Source: Clostridia bacterium (GTDB lineage: Bacteria; Bacillota; Clostridia; Christensenellales; CAG-138). From it: DNA of 64,000 nucleotides. The notes beneath the pieces were generated by a model. It ran no database searches and was not told the DNA's origin. It saw only the letters and a program-made list of their open reading frames with translations. The stretch's first letter is position 1. The number at the start of each line of letters is the position of its first letter. A program made the translations under genes and the position numbers. The stretch spans positions 11,631 through 75,630 of the forward strand of contig JAUNBM010000001.1 of assembly GCA_030527115.1 (NCBI GenBank). Reading direction: 5' to 3'. Below, one piece after another: positions 1 through 9,570 of the stretch.

Positions 1-543
1 TACCTCATAATCTACATTCAGGAATACCTGAAGATTGATTCCTATGCCATCGTCCTCGGCATAGTTCTAATCGTCGCCTCCCTCGTCAGCGTCGTTTTCG
101 GCAGGGTGATCGACAAGGTGGGCAAGCTCAAATTCACGATTCCCGCCCTCGCCGTTATGTTCGCAGGGCTTATCGCCATGTTCTTTGTGCGGAGCTTCGT
201 TGCCGTCATCCTTGCCGGAACGGTGATGATGAGCGGCTATATGCTGGTTACCGCCGCCCTCTCCGGAACGATACGCGACTACACCCCCGAGGGCAAGGTT
301 GGGCTGTTCCAGGGCATCCGCATGATATTCCAGGTGCTGTTGCCGATGATAATAGGCCCTTACATCGGCGCCTTCATCATTCAAAACAGCGACGAGGTCT
401 ATTTTGAGCTGGGCGTTGTGAAGCAGGTTCCCATCCCCGCGATATTCTTGGGCTCCGCCGCCCTGCTCGCGCTCAGTCTGATACCGATAATCCTTTTGAG
501 AAAGGTGGACAAGGAGGCAAGAGATGCTGACAAGCTGGGGTGA
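1..543 (+). CDS. MFS-type transporter, C-terminal part (5' end lies outside the window)
   Basis: Frame 1 is open from base 1 and joins the listed ORF 106..543. The translation is a run of hydrophobic helices (FTIPALAVMFAGLIAMFFV, VILAGTVMMSGYMLV, LLPMIIGPYIGAFII) with an FGRVIDKVGK loop of MFS type. Confidence 0.6.
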   Translation, partial: YLIIYIQEYLKIDSYAIVLGIVLIVASLVSVVFGRVIDKVGKLKFTIPALAVMFAGLIAMFFVRSFVAVILAGTVMMSGYMLVTAALSGTIRDYTPEGKVGLFQGIRMIFQVLLPMIIGPYIGAFIIQNSDEVYFELGVVKQVPIPAIFLGSAALLALSLIPIILLRKVDKEARDADKLG

Positions 544-2206
544 GAAGCTCGACTTAGACGCGCCGCTGCCCGAATATCCGCGGCCGCAGTTACGGCGAAA
601 CAGTTATTTGAATCTCAACGGACGCTGGGACTATGCTATCCGTTCCGACTCGCAGATTCCCGGGGAATTTGACGGGGAGATCATCGTTCCGTTTTCCCCC
701 GAAAGCGAGCTTTCCGGCGTATCCCGAACCCTGCTACCGCATCAAACGCTGTTTTACAGGCGGAGCATAGTATTCGAACCGGGCTTTCTGTCGGAGCGAA
801 CCTTTTTGCACTTCGGCGCGGTCGATCAGATTGCCACAATATATTTCAACGGCAATAATCTCGGAACCTTTGAAAGCTGTTATCTCCCGTTTAGCGTGGA
901 CATAACCGACTTCATCCGGGACGAAAACGAACTCATAGTCGCGGTCAAAGATTACAGCGACTCCTCCTATTATTCCCGCGGCAAACAGAAGCAAAAGCGC
1001 GGCGGAATCTGGTACGGCTGTCAGAGCGGAATCTGGCAGACGGTTTGGGTGGAGAGCGTGCCGAAGGACTACATTTCCGGCCTCGACATTTGGCCGAACT
1101 TCGATGCGGGCAAGGTTTCCATCACCGTCAAAAGCCCCTCATATATGCCCTGCTTTATAGATTTTGAGGGAACTACCCTGGAGGGGCTTACAAACGAGCC
1201 GATAACCCTGCCCGTTTGCGACTTCATCCCCTGGTCGCCCGAAAATCCCCGCCTCTATCCCTTTGCGGCGCGGCTGGGCGAGGATCGCATCGAGAGCTAC
1301 TTTGCCATGCGCAAATTCGGCGTTGCGCCGGACGAGAACAACATTCCGCGCCTGTTTTTGAACAACAAGCCCTACTTCCATCACGGCTTGCTCGATCAGG
1401 GCTATTATTCCGACGGGCTGTACACCCCGCCCTCCGACGAGGCGATGATCTTCGATATCGAGCTTGCCAAGCGGCTGGGCTTCAATATGCTGAGAAAGCA
1501 CATAAAGATTGAACCGCTCCGCTGGTACTACCATTGCGACCGGCTCGGCGTCCTCGTTTGGCAGGATATGATGAACGGCGGAGGCAAATACAACCCAATA
1601 ATCATCTCCGCGCCGCTTGTAACCGGAATCCACTTGAAGGACAACCACTACCGCCTGTTCTCGCGCAAGGAGGAGGCGTCGCGCCGCGACTATACCGAAA
1701 GCCTCAAACGCATGATAGCTCTGCTGAAAAACGTGCCCTCGATTGCCATGTGGGTGCCGTTCAACGAGGGCTGGGGACAGTTTGACGCCGCCCGCGCCGT
1801 CGAGACGATTTTAAGCTGTGACAAGAGCCGCACGATAGATCACGCGAGCGGCTGGCACGACCAGGGCATAGGCGACGTTAAAAGCCTTCACGTCTACTTT
1901 AAAAAGTACCGCTTTAAGCGCGACAAGCGAAACCGCGCCGTAGTCCTCAGCGAGTTCGGCGGCTACAACCTCAGAATCGACGGCCACAGCTTCAATCAAA
2001 AGGACTTCGGCTACAAGCGGTTCGCCTCCCAGGAGGAGCTTGCCGCCGCCGTTTCCGCCCTCTATCGGAATGAAATAGCCCCCGCCGTCGGGCAGGGGCT
2101 TGCAGCCTCGGTATATACTCAGTTGAGCGACGTCGAGGACGAGCTGAACGGGCTTGTGACCTACGACCGCCGCGTGGTGAAGCTCGCTAATCCCATAGTC
2201 TTGTAG
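524..2206 (+). CDS. Glycoside hydrolase family 2-like enzyme (beta-galactosidase/glucuronidase class)
   Basis: 560-aa ORF. LPEYPRPQLRR..LNGRWDY at the N-terminus, then NMLRKHIKIEP and WVPFNEGWGQ, fit the GH2 sugar-binding plus TIM-barrel layout as I remember it. It overlaps the MFS stop by 20 nt. Confidence 0.7.
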   Translation: MLTSWGEKLDLDAPLPEYPRPQLRRNSYLNLNGRWDYAIRSDSQIPGEFDGEIIVPFSPESELSGVSRTLLPHQTLFYRRSIVFEPGFLSERTFLHFGAVDQIATIYFNGNNLGTFESCYLPFSVDITDFIRDENELIVAVKDYSDSSYYSRGKQKQKRGGIWYGCQSGIWQTVWVESVPKDYISGLDIWPNFDAGKVSITVKSPSYMPCFIDFEGTTLEGLTNEPITLPVCDFIPWSPENPRLYPFAARLGEDRIESYFAMRKFGVAPDENNIPRLFLNNKPYFHHGLLDQGYYSDGLYTPPSDEAMIFDIELAKRLGFNMLRKHIKIEPLRWYYHCDRLGVLVWQDMMNGGGKYNPIIISAPLVTGIHLKDNHYRLFSRKEEASRRDYTESLKRMIALLKNVPSIAMWVPFNEGWGQFDAARAVETILSCDKSRTIDHASGWHDQGIGDVKSLHVYFKKYRFKRDKRNRAVVLSEFGGYNLRIDGHSFNQKDFGYKRFASQEELAAAVSALYRNEIAPAVGQGLAASVYTQLSDVEDELNGLVTYDRRVVKLANPIVL

Positions 2207-3089
2207 GATATCTGCCCGACTGCGTCATAGCCTTTATCTTCGACTTAACCGCCGGCAAGTCCTCGATATAGGTGACTCCATACCAGCTGTCCTCGCTCAA
2301 AAGCATCTGAACGCTTGCTCTCCCCTCCTCGATCAACTGCTTGACCGTTCTCGGGAGCAGGTATTCGCACTTGCCCGGATCGGTTTTGAGCCCCTCGTCC
2401 AAAAACTCCGGAAACCGCTTTTCAAGCTCGTCAAGCAGGCTCGGCTGAAATCCAAAGAAGTTCATCGAAACCACGGTGTTTTCATCGAGCGGGGTGAAGG
2501 TTATTCCCCCGTCCTCGCTGTAGCCGCGCCGGTCTATCTTGAGCCGTTCGACCAAATCCACAAGCTTTCCCGCCTCGTCCACCTCGCAAACGCCCCTTGA
2601 GACCGTGCCGTTCTCGGACAAGGTGTTTTTCAGGATATAGCCAACCATCGCATGCTCGGCTTCGCCGTGCGGTTCGGACAGGTAGTCAAACATCGTTTTA
2701 TAGGCGCTTCTGCCATAGAAGTCGTCGGCGTTGATAACCGCAAACGGGCCGTCAATCCGCTCCTTCGCGCACAGCACCGCATGGGAGGTTCCCCACGGCT
2801 TCACCCTGCCTTCGGGAATCTGATAGCCCGCGGGAAGCGTGTCCATCCTTTGATAGGCATAGCTTATGTTGAGCTTTCTTCTTACCCTTGCGGCTATGAG
2901 CCTTTCAAAGTCGTCGTGCATCTCCTCCTTGATTATGCAAACCACGTCGCGAAAACCCGCCAGATAGGCGTCGTACATAGAATAATCAATTATAACCTGT
3001 CCCTCGTCGTCAACGGGGGTCATCTGCTTTGAGCCGCCGAACCTGCTTCCCATGCCGGCCGCCATTATAACCAGTACCGGTTTTTTCAT
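2187..3089 (-). CDS. Sugar-1-phosphate nucleotidyltransferase-family protein (substrate unassigned)
   Basis: MKKPVLVIMAAGMGSRFGGSKQ is the G-x-G-x-R nucleotidyltransferase signature. ATG 3089 has AAGGAG 7 nt upstream, and the longer ORF start at 3140 lacks an RBS. The gene lies directly downstream of galK. Confidence 0.7.
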   Translation of the reverse strand: MKKPVLVIMAAGMGSRFGGSKQMTPVDDEGQVIIDYSMYDAYLAGFRDVVCIIKEEMHDDFERLIAARVRRKLNISYAYQRMDTLPAGYQIPEGRVKPWGTSHAVLCAKERIDGPFAVINADDFYGRSAYKTMFDYLSEPHGEAEHAMVGYILKNTLSENGTVSRGVCEVDEAGKLVDLVERLKIDRRGYSEDGGITFTPLDENTVVSMNFFGFQPSLLDELEKRFPEFLDEGLKTDPGKCEYLLPRTVKQLIEEGRASVQMLLSEDSWYGVTYIEDLPAVKSKIKAMTQSGRYPTRLWD

Positions 3090-3100
3090 AATGCTTCTCC

Positions 3101-4210
3101 TTATATTCTCTTTGGCGCGCCGCCTACTCCGCGATAGCACGCGCCCTCGTGTCCGATGATACTCCTGTATTCCTCCAATGTCAATAAGGCTACCGCCTCA
3201 GCCTTGTCCCGCTCGACAAGCGCAACAACACAGCCGCCGAAGCCCGCTCCCGTCATCCTCGCGCCCAAGACCCCGTCCTGCCGCCGGAGGATATCGGTGA
3301 GAACGTCCAGCTCCTCGCAGGAAACCTCATAGTCGTCCCGAAGCGAAAAGTGGGACTGGTTCATCAGCCTGCCAAACGCCGCCATATCCCCCTGCCCAAG
3401 CAGGCTCACAGCCTCCTCTACCCTGCGGTTCTCAAAAACCGCGTGGCGCGCCCGCCGCAGGCACACGGGATCGTCTATAAGCTCGGCGTTCGCTGAAAAA
3501 TCTGCCTCCGTCAGCTCGCAGAGCGCTTCGATATCCAGCCGCTTTTGCAGGCATTTCAACGCCCGCTCGCACTCGCTCCGCCGCTCGTTATACTTGCTTT
3601 CGGACAGCTTCCTCGACTTCTTAGTATCGAGTATCAACAGCTCACACTCCTCCATCGCGAGCGGAATATGCTCATATTTTAAGCTATGGGTGTCGAGGTA
3701 GATTGCACAGCCCTCCTTGCCCATCGCCACCGCAAACTGATCCATGATTCCACAGCTCACCCCCACAAAGTCGTTTTCGGCCTTTTGGCAGAGCAGAGCT
3801 ATATCCTTATTGCTGATTCCAAGCCCGAACATATCGGACAGCGCATAGGCTATCGCGACCTCCAAGGACGCCGACGAGGACAGTCCCGCGCCCAGCGGGA
3901 GATCTCCCGCAACCAAGACCTCGAAGCCGCCCGAAAAATCTATCCCCGCCTGCCTCATAGCCGAAAGCACCGCCTGCGGATACTTCTCCCAGCCATCGCT
4001 TACGCCCACGGACTGAAAGATGCGCTCCCCATCCCCGCGCCTGCGCACAGCCACATAGGTTCCGAGCGCCAGCGCGCAGGGGAACACCTTGCCGCCCGAA
4101 TAGTCGATGTGTTCGCCTATCAGATTGACTCTGCCGCCCGCAAAATATACGTTCGGCCGTCCGCCCGTCCCAAACCTTTTTAAAAACTCCTGTTCCAACA
4201 GTTCCTTCAT
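3101..4210 (-). CDS. galK: Galactokinase
   Basis: Carries the GRVNLIGEHIDYSGG galactokinase signature and the GAGLSSSASLEVA GHMP-kinase motif. It has a 4-nt overlap with the upstream symporter gene. Confidence 0.9.
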   Translation of the reverse strand: MKELLEQEFLKRFGTGGRPNVYFAGGRVNLIGEHIDYSGGKVFPCALALGTYVAVRRRGDGERIFQSVGVSDGWEKYPQAVLSAMRQAGIDFSGGFEVLVAGDLPLGAGLSSSASLEVAIAYALSDMFGLGISNKDIALLCQKAENDFVGVSCGIMDQFAVAMGKEGCAIYLDTHSLKYEHIPLAMEECELLILDTKKSRKLSESKYNERRSECERALKCLQKRLDIEALCELTEADFSANAELIDDPVCLRRARHAVFENRRVEEAVSLLGQGDMAAFGRLMNQSHFSLRDDYEVSCEELDVLTDILRRQDGVLGARMTGAGFGGCVVALVERDKAEAVALLTLEEYRSIIGHEGACYRGVGGAPKRI

Positions 4211-5643
4211 CGCGCTTCCTCCTCCTGCAACAGATCGCCCCGCCGCTTCAAATCCTCCACAATCCTCTCATAGGTTTCTTTATTTATCTTGAATTTCCGG
4301 CGGTAAATTATGTACCCCGCGATGATGAAAATCAGCGGGATAGCAAGCATCGCCAGCTTAATTAGCAGCTGCCCGCCTCCGTCTATGCTCGTGGCGGCAA
4401 CCTCGCCGGTCTTGATTCCCGACAGAATAACCGCGAGCGAGATGAAGCCCGTGGAAAGCGCCGCGCCTATCTTGTTTATCAGCGGCTGAACCGAGAAGGT
4501 CACGCTGTCGTTGCGCTTGCCCAGTTTCCATTGTCCGTATTCTATCGTGTCCGCCAAAAACATCAGCATCAAAAGCTGAATGAAGGCCTGCGCTATGAAG
4601 ATGACGAGCGCGCTCACGGCTATCACTATCAAGCTCGCCTTAAAGGAGAAGCCGCCTATCGAAAGCGTTATCGGGTTAAAATAATCCGCAAAGAAGAACA
4701 GGACGTAGCCGCCTATCACCATCAGCGTGGAGATAAGATACAGCCTTTCCCTCCGGATCTTCTTCGATACCGCCGGGAAGATTATCAGCGCGACTATCTG
4801 AGCGACCCCGACAATGGCGGCAAGGATAGCATACATCCCGATATCCCCGTAGATATACTGCATATAGTAGGTCGCAAAGCCCGTAGTCGTGCAATAGCCT
4901 ATCATGAAAAGCGCCATGGAAATCGTCGTCCACATGAGCTGGTCGTTTTTAAACAGCGCCTTCGCCATGTCCTTCAGGCTCGTTTTCTCCTCCTGTTTGA
5001 ACATTTTGCGGTTTTCCTTAACCCCAAACAGCGTAAAGAGCTGGAAGCCTATCATCAAAGCCGTTACCACCACCGCGAGGATGAACCACGCCTTCGGGTC
5101 GGGGTTGTCCTCGGTCGAGCCGAGCATTACCGTGAGCGGTTGCCAGCCCACCATGATGATGAACATTCCGATATTCGCACATATCCTCGCGAAAGCGCCC
5201 ATCCGCTCGCGCTTCTTCTGCTCCAGCGAAAGCGCCGGCAACATCGACCAGTAGCCTATATCGTTTATGCCGTAGGCGATGTCCCAGCAGATATAAGCCA
5301 GCCCGAATACCACGACGAACCAATAGTTATTGAGCCCCAGATCCGCAAACAGGATCAGGTAAAAGACCGCGCCCGTCAAAGCCCCCACCAGCATCGCGGG
5401 CTTGAACTTGCCGTATTTCGACCTCGTATTGTCGATTATCATGCCCGTTATGGGATCGTTCAGCGCATCAAAGATCTTCAGCACCGTCAAAACCAAGCTG
5501 GCGGCCGCAAACACCCCTATCGGAAGCGACAGCACGTTCGTGAGAAAATACAGCAGGGCGTTCGCAACGAACGCATAGAACATATCCCTGCCTATCGTGC
5601 CGAGTCCGAAAAACACCATGTTTTTTCTGTCCCTCTTATTCAT
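4207..5643 (-). CDS. Glycoside-pentoside-hexuronide (GPH):cation symporter, MelB-like
   Basis: Polytopic hydrophobic profile. The DALNDPITGMIIDNTRSKYGKFKP motif is typical of the GPH family. 4-nt overlap with the GH36 gene. Confidence 0.85.
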   Translation of the reverse strand: MNKRDRKNMVFFGLGTIGRDMFYAFVANALLYFLTNVLSLPIGVFAAASLVLTVLKIFDALNDPITGMIIDNTRSKYGKFKPAMLVGALTGAVFYLILFADLGLNNYWFVVVFGLAYICWDIAYGINDIGYWSMLPALSLEQKKRERMGAFARICANIGMFIIMVGWQPLTVMLGSTEDNPDPKAWFILAVVVTALMIGFQLFTLFGVKENRKMFKQEEKTSLKDMAKALFKNDQLMWTTISMALFMIGYCTTTGFATYYMQYIYGDIGMYAILAAIVGVAQIVALIIFPAVSKKIRRERLYLISTLMVIGGYVLFFFADYFNPITLSIGGFSFKASLIVIAVSALVIFIAQAFIQLLMLMFLADTIEYGQWKLGKRNDSVTFSVQPLINKIGAALSTGFISLAVILSGIKTGEVAATSIDGGGQLLIKLAMLAIPLIFIIAGYIIYRRKFKINKETYERIVEDLKRRGDLLQEEEAR

Positions 5644-7973
5644 GCTCCATTTACCTCCTTCTCAAATATATACATATGCGAACCGAAGTCGCTCCAGAGC
5701 CTGAGTTCCTTATCGTAGCCCGTGCCGATATACTGCCGGTTCAGCCTGAGTCCGCCCATGAGCTGATCCCCCCTCGCCTCCAACCGCTGTTCCCCGTCCT
5801 TCAAGGTGTAGTTTCGGTTCAAAAGCCGCAAAATCCAGCCGTCCGCCTTGAGTCGCAGGGGAATCAGATGGCGAATCAACGAACCGAACCTGCCGATATA
5901 AACCCGCTGTTCCCTCGTCCATACCCGGTAAACCGCCTCCGCATCGAGCCCCTTCACCGGCAAAATATCATTTGGGGGCGCGGCATCAGCCAGCGTTTGA
6001 AAGAGCGCGGCGACAGCCACAGTCCCGTTCGCCGCCTCAAAACAGCAGGCGTTATCCCTCGTTCCGTCAAAGCGATAGAAGCTCCCGAATTGAAACACCC
6101 TCCGGTACCGCTTGTAAAACTCTATCTGGCGGGCAACGTCTCTCCGCTCCTGCCGCGTCAGCTCCCGAAGATCCAGCTCATAGCCCAAGCAACCGAAAGC
6201 CGCAACGTTGAACCTCGTGGCAAGCGGCGTATTCCTCAGCGTCTGCTGGTGCGGAGCCTGGCTGACGTGCGCTCCCATCGTCGAAAGCGGATACAGATAT
6301 GAAAGCCCCCTTTGAATCTTCAACCGCTCGATGGGATCGGTATTATCCGACGCCCAAATCTGCTGGCAGAAGCACAGCATCCCAAGATCGAAGCGGTTGC
6401 CGCCCGAAGAACAGCCCTCCAGCAGGATGTGCGGGCGCGGCGAAAAAATCCTGTCCAGAATCTCATACAGCCCCAGCGTATACCGGTGGAAGAACTCCCC
6501 GTTGGAACAGAACGGCGAATACATATCGCTCAGATGCCGGTTCATGTCCCACTTGACATAGGCAACGTTGGCCTCATCCAATATCTTTGAAACGTTGTCG
6601 ACAATATAATCCCTGACAGCCGGGTTGCACAGATCGAGCACAAGCTGATTTCTGCCCAGCGCCGGCTCGCGGTTGGGAAGTTTTATCGCATACTCCGGAT
6701 GCTCGCGATACAGCCTGCTGTCGGGGTTTACCGCCTCCGGCTCGAACCATAGCCCGAACTTCAGCCCCATATCGCCCAGCTTCTTTGAAAAGCCCACAAG
6801 CCCGCTTTGGAGCTTCTTCCTGTTCACCTCATAGTCGCCAAGTCCCGCCGTATCGGAGTTGCGCGCTCCAAACCAGCCGTCGTCAAGCACGAAAAGCTCC
6901 ACGCCGAGCTTCTTCGCCCGCCGTGCCAAACGCAAGAGCTTCCCCTGCCTGTATTGAAAAAAACAGGCTTCCCAACTGTTGATAAGCACAGGGCGTTCCT
7001 TGCCCTTCCAGTCGCCCCGCACAATATGCTCGTTCACAAACCGGTGAAAATTGGAACTCAGCCCGTTGAACCCGCCGCTTGAACAGCTTAATACCGCTTC
7101 CGGCGTTTCAAACTCCTCCCCCGGCTTCAGCCTGTACATAAAGCAATGCGGGCTTATTCCGTTCATAACCCTGACCATCCCGTTCGGCGCCTTCTCCACC
7201 GCGCTGTGATGGTTGCCGCTGTAAATAAGGTTGAAGCCGAAAACCAGCCCGCCATCCTCGCTCGCATATTTTTCGCTCAGCAGGATGCCCGCGTTATGCC
7301 GGTTGGACGACGCGCCCGTCGTACTCTCGTTGACATAGATTCCATATTGAACCGGCCTGTCGTGCCTTTGCGCTTCGCTGATCCAGTCGCCGTCAAAGCT
7401 CGTCAGCACATACTCGCGTTCGGGAAGGTCTATCATCATGCTCATCAGCTTGCGTATCATCAGCTCCCCATCCCCGCCGTTTTGCAAAACCGTCCGCCGC
7501 GTGATAACGTTCGTTTCGGGATATATTGTGTAATACAGCCTGAGCCGAACCTCGCTCGCCCGCTCCTTCAGGGTTATAACGAGCGTTTCAGCCCCGCTCC
7601 CATAGGCGCCGGGCAACCCGTCGGGCGCAACCGCACCGCTTCTTATCGCATGGCTCTCGTAGGCAAAATCGCAGGTGAAACTGCCGTCGGGCATCAGAAT
7701 TTCAGCCGGGGAGTTTCGATAATCCCCCCTGCCTATGCCCGACCATTCGAGCGGAACGTCGTCGAGGCAGTAGGTCTTGTCCTCCGGGCAGGTAAGCACC
7801 TGCGAACCCCTGCCTATCGTGCGCTTATACCTCAGCGCCTCAAGCGAACAGCCGGCAATCCTTGCCCCGTAATAGATATGCTCCAAATGCCCATGCTCGT
7901 TTATAAGCATCCGGTAGCTCGTTGCATCGGTATCTAACAGAAATACTCCGTTTTCAAAGCTTATCAGCCCCAT
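5640..7973 (-). CDS. Alpha-galactosidase, GH36
   Basis: FVLDDGWFG, KWDMNR and LLEGCSSGGNRFD motifs. I place the start at ATG 7973 (MGLISFENG..) with GGAGG just upstream. The 27 extra codons of the listed ORF overlap the GH13 gene. Confidence 0.9.
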   Translation of the reverse strand: MGLISFENGVFLLDTDATSYRMLINEHGHLEHIYYGARIAGCSLEALRYKRTIGRGSQVLTCPEDKTYCLDDVPLEWSGIGRGDYRNSPAEILMPDGSFTCDFAYESHAIRSGAVAPDGLPGAYGSGAETLVITLKERASEVRLRLYYTIYPETNVITRRTVLQNGGDGELMIRKLMSMMIDLPEREYVLTSFDGDWISEAQRHDRPVQYGIYVNESTTGASSNRHNAGILLSEKYASEDGGLVFGFNLIYSGNHHSAVEKAPNGMVRVMNGISPHCFMYRLKPGEEFETPEAVLSCSSGGFNGLSSNFHRFVNEHIVRGDWKGKERPVLINSWEACFFQYRQGKLLRLARRAKKLGVELFVLDDGWFGARNSDTAGLGDYEVNRKKLQSGLVGFSKKLGDMGLKFGLWFEPEAVNPDSRLYREHPEYAIKLPNREPALGRNQLVLDLCNPAVRDYIVDNVSKILDEANVAYVKWDMNRHLSDMYSPFCSNGEFFHRYTLGLYEILDRIFSPRPHILLEGCSSGGNRFDLGMLCFCQQIWASDNTDPIERLKIQRGLSYLYPLSTMGAHVSQAPHQQTLRNTPLATRFNVAAFGCLGYELDLRELTRQERRDVARQIEFYKRYRRVFQFGSFYRFDGTRDNACCFEAANGTVAVAALFQTLADAAPPNDILPVKGLDAEAVYRVWTREQRVYIGRFGSLIRHLIPLRLKADGWILRLLNRNYTLKDGEQRLEARGDQLMGGLRLNRQYIGTGYDKELRLWSDFGSHMYIFEKEVNGA

Positions 7974-7974
7974 C

Positions 7975-9561
7975 TTACCTCCAAAATATCGCCGCCTCAT
8001 AGGGCTGCAGCTCGCCGTCCAGCCGCTCCCTGCCGTGGGTGGACAGCGCCGCAACTCCCGTGCAGGGCGCGCTCCTTCTCCCGCCCGACAGGTTGACGAC
8101 TACCCCGAGCCGCTCGTCTCCGAGGACGCGCTCAAAAGCCAAAACGTCCCTGCCGGTATAGGAGGGGATAAAGTCGCCCCGCTTCAAAACCTCCGATCCG
8201 TTCCTAAACGCTATGAGCCTTTTATAGAAATTCCAGATGGAATCCGGCTCGGCATACTCGTCTTTGAAATTGACCCGCTCATAATTGGAGTTCACCTTGA
8301 GCCAGGGCTCGCCGCTTGAAAAGCCCGCATTGGTCTCCCCGCTCCATTGCATCGGAGTTCTTGCGTTATCGCGGCTCTTGAGCCTTATCATCCGCCAGCG
8401 GTAGCGCTCCGAAAGGTGGAGCTTTTTGGCTATCGCATAGACGTTTGTGCTCTCAACGTCCCGTATATCCGCCATCGACTCAAAGTCGAAATTCGTCATG
8501 CCTATCTCCTCGCCCTGATAGACATAGGGCGTTCCCTTGAGCGACAGGAGCAAAACAGCCAGAGCCTTTGCGCTCTCCTTATGGAAGTTTTTATCGTCCC
8601 CGAACCGCGAAACGCTTCGCGGCTGGTCGTGGTTTTCCAGATACACCGCGTTCCAGGGCGCCTTCGTCTGCCACTTGACGAGCGCCTTGAAAAGACGTTT
8701 GGGCTTGAATCTTCTGAGCAACCATTTGATAAAGAAGCAATCCGCGTCCATATGCTCAAACGAGAACACCATATCCAGCCCGCTGTTACAGAGCTTTTTT
8801 GCCTGCTCGGGGCTTACCATGACCGTCTCGCCCACCGTGAAGCAGTCGTATTTGCTCAAAACATCGCGCTTTAGCTCTTTTAAAACCTCGAACGTCCCCT
8901 CCTGCGATATGAAATACTCCCTGCCCCGCAACGCGATGCGCGGGCGGCCGTTCTTCAGCGAACTCTTGTAAAGCACGTTTATAACGTCACAGCGGAAACC
9001 CGCAACCCCTTTATCGAGCCAAAAGCGCATGACCTCCTTAACGCTCTTTAAAACCTTCGGGTTATTATAGTTCAGATCGGGCTGGCCCTCGTCGAACAGA
9101 TGCAGGTAGTACTGCCGGCGCTGTTCGTCGAAAGTCCAGGTCGAGCCCCCGAAGAAGCCCGTCCACTTGTTTGGCTTGTCGCGCCAGATATAATAATCCG
9201 TGTAAGGCTCCTCCTTCACCCGGCTCTTGATAAACCATTCGTGCTGATAGGAGGTGTGATTGATAACGAGATCCATCACTATCTTCAAATCCCGTTCCGC
9301 CGCCTTCTCGATAAGCTCGTCCATGTCCGCCATCGTGCCGAATTCGGGGTTGATGCTGTAATAATCGCTTATATCGTAGCCGTTATCCCGGTTGGGGGAG
9401 CGGTAGACCGGCGACAGCCACAGTATGCCAACCCCCAGCTCCTTCAATATATCCAGCTTGGATATGATCCCCCGTATATCGCCTATCCCGTCGCCGTTAC
9501 TGTCGCAAAAGCTTCGGGGATAGATCTGGTAAACCACTCGCTCTTTCCACCACTTTTCCAT
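7975..9561 (-). CDS. GH13 alpha-glucosidase / oligo-1,6-glucosidase-like
   Basis: YQIYPRSFCDSNGDGIGDIRG, DLVINHTS, GFRCDVIN and ENHDQPR correspond to the conserved GH13 regions. Confidence 0.85.
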   Translation of the reverse strand: MEKWWKERVVYQIYPRSFCDSNGDGIGDIRGIISKLDILKELGVGILWLSPVYRSPNRDNGYDISDYYSINPEFGTMADMDELIEKAAERDLKIVMDLVINHTSYQHEWFIKSRVKEEPYTDYYIWRDKPNKWTGFFGGSTWTFDEQRRQYYLHLFDEGQPDLNYNNPKVLKSVKEVMRFWLDKGVAGFRCDVINVLYKSSLKNGRPRIALRGREYFISQEGTFEVLKELKRDVLSKYDCFTVGETVMVSPEQAKKLCNSGLDMVFSFEHMDADCFFIKWLLRRFKPKRLFKALVKWQTKAPWNAVYLENHDQPRSVSRFGDDKNFHKESAKALAVLLLSLKGTPYVYQGEEIGMTNFDFESMADIRDVESTNVYAIAKKLHLSERYRWRMIRLKSRDNARTPMQWSGETNAGFSSGEPWLKVNSNYERVNFKDEYAEPDSIWNFYKRLIAFRNGSEVLKRGDFIPSYTGRDVLAFERVLGDERLGVVVNLSGGRRSAPCTGVAALSTHGRERLDGELQPYEAAIFWR

Positions 9562-9570
9562 GCCGCTCTC

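Noticed and set aside
4531-5718. 395-aa plus-strand ORF
   Set aside because: It is antisense to the GPH symporter gene and has an extreme R/H/Q/E composition (e.g. HQHQKLNEGLRYEDDERAHGYHYQ). This is a shadow ORF.
5640-8054. Long N-terminal extensions in the ORF track for GH36 (to 8054), rmlB (to 25917), the EpsN-like aminotransferase (to 55900), spoVAD (from 57649), the NusG paralog (to 57829) and the nucleotidyltransferase (to 3140)
   Set aside because: In each case the extension overlaps the neighbouring gene or uses a GTG/TTG codon without an RBS. An internal ATG with an RBS, or a start/stop overlap, coincides with the family's conserved N-terminus.
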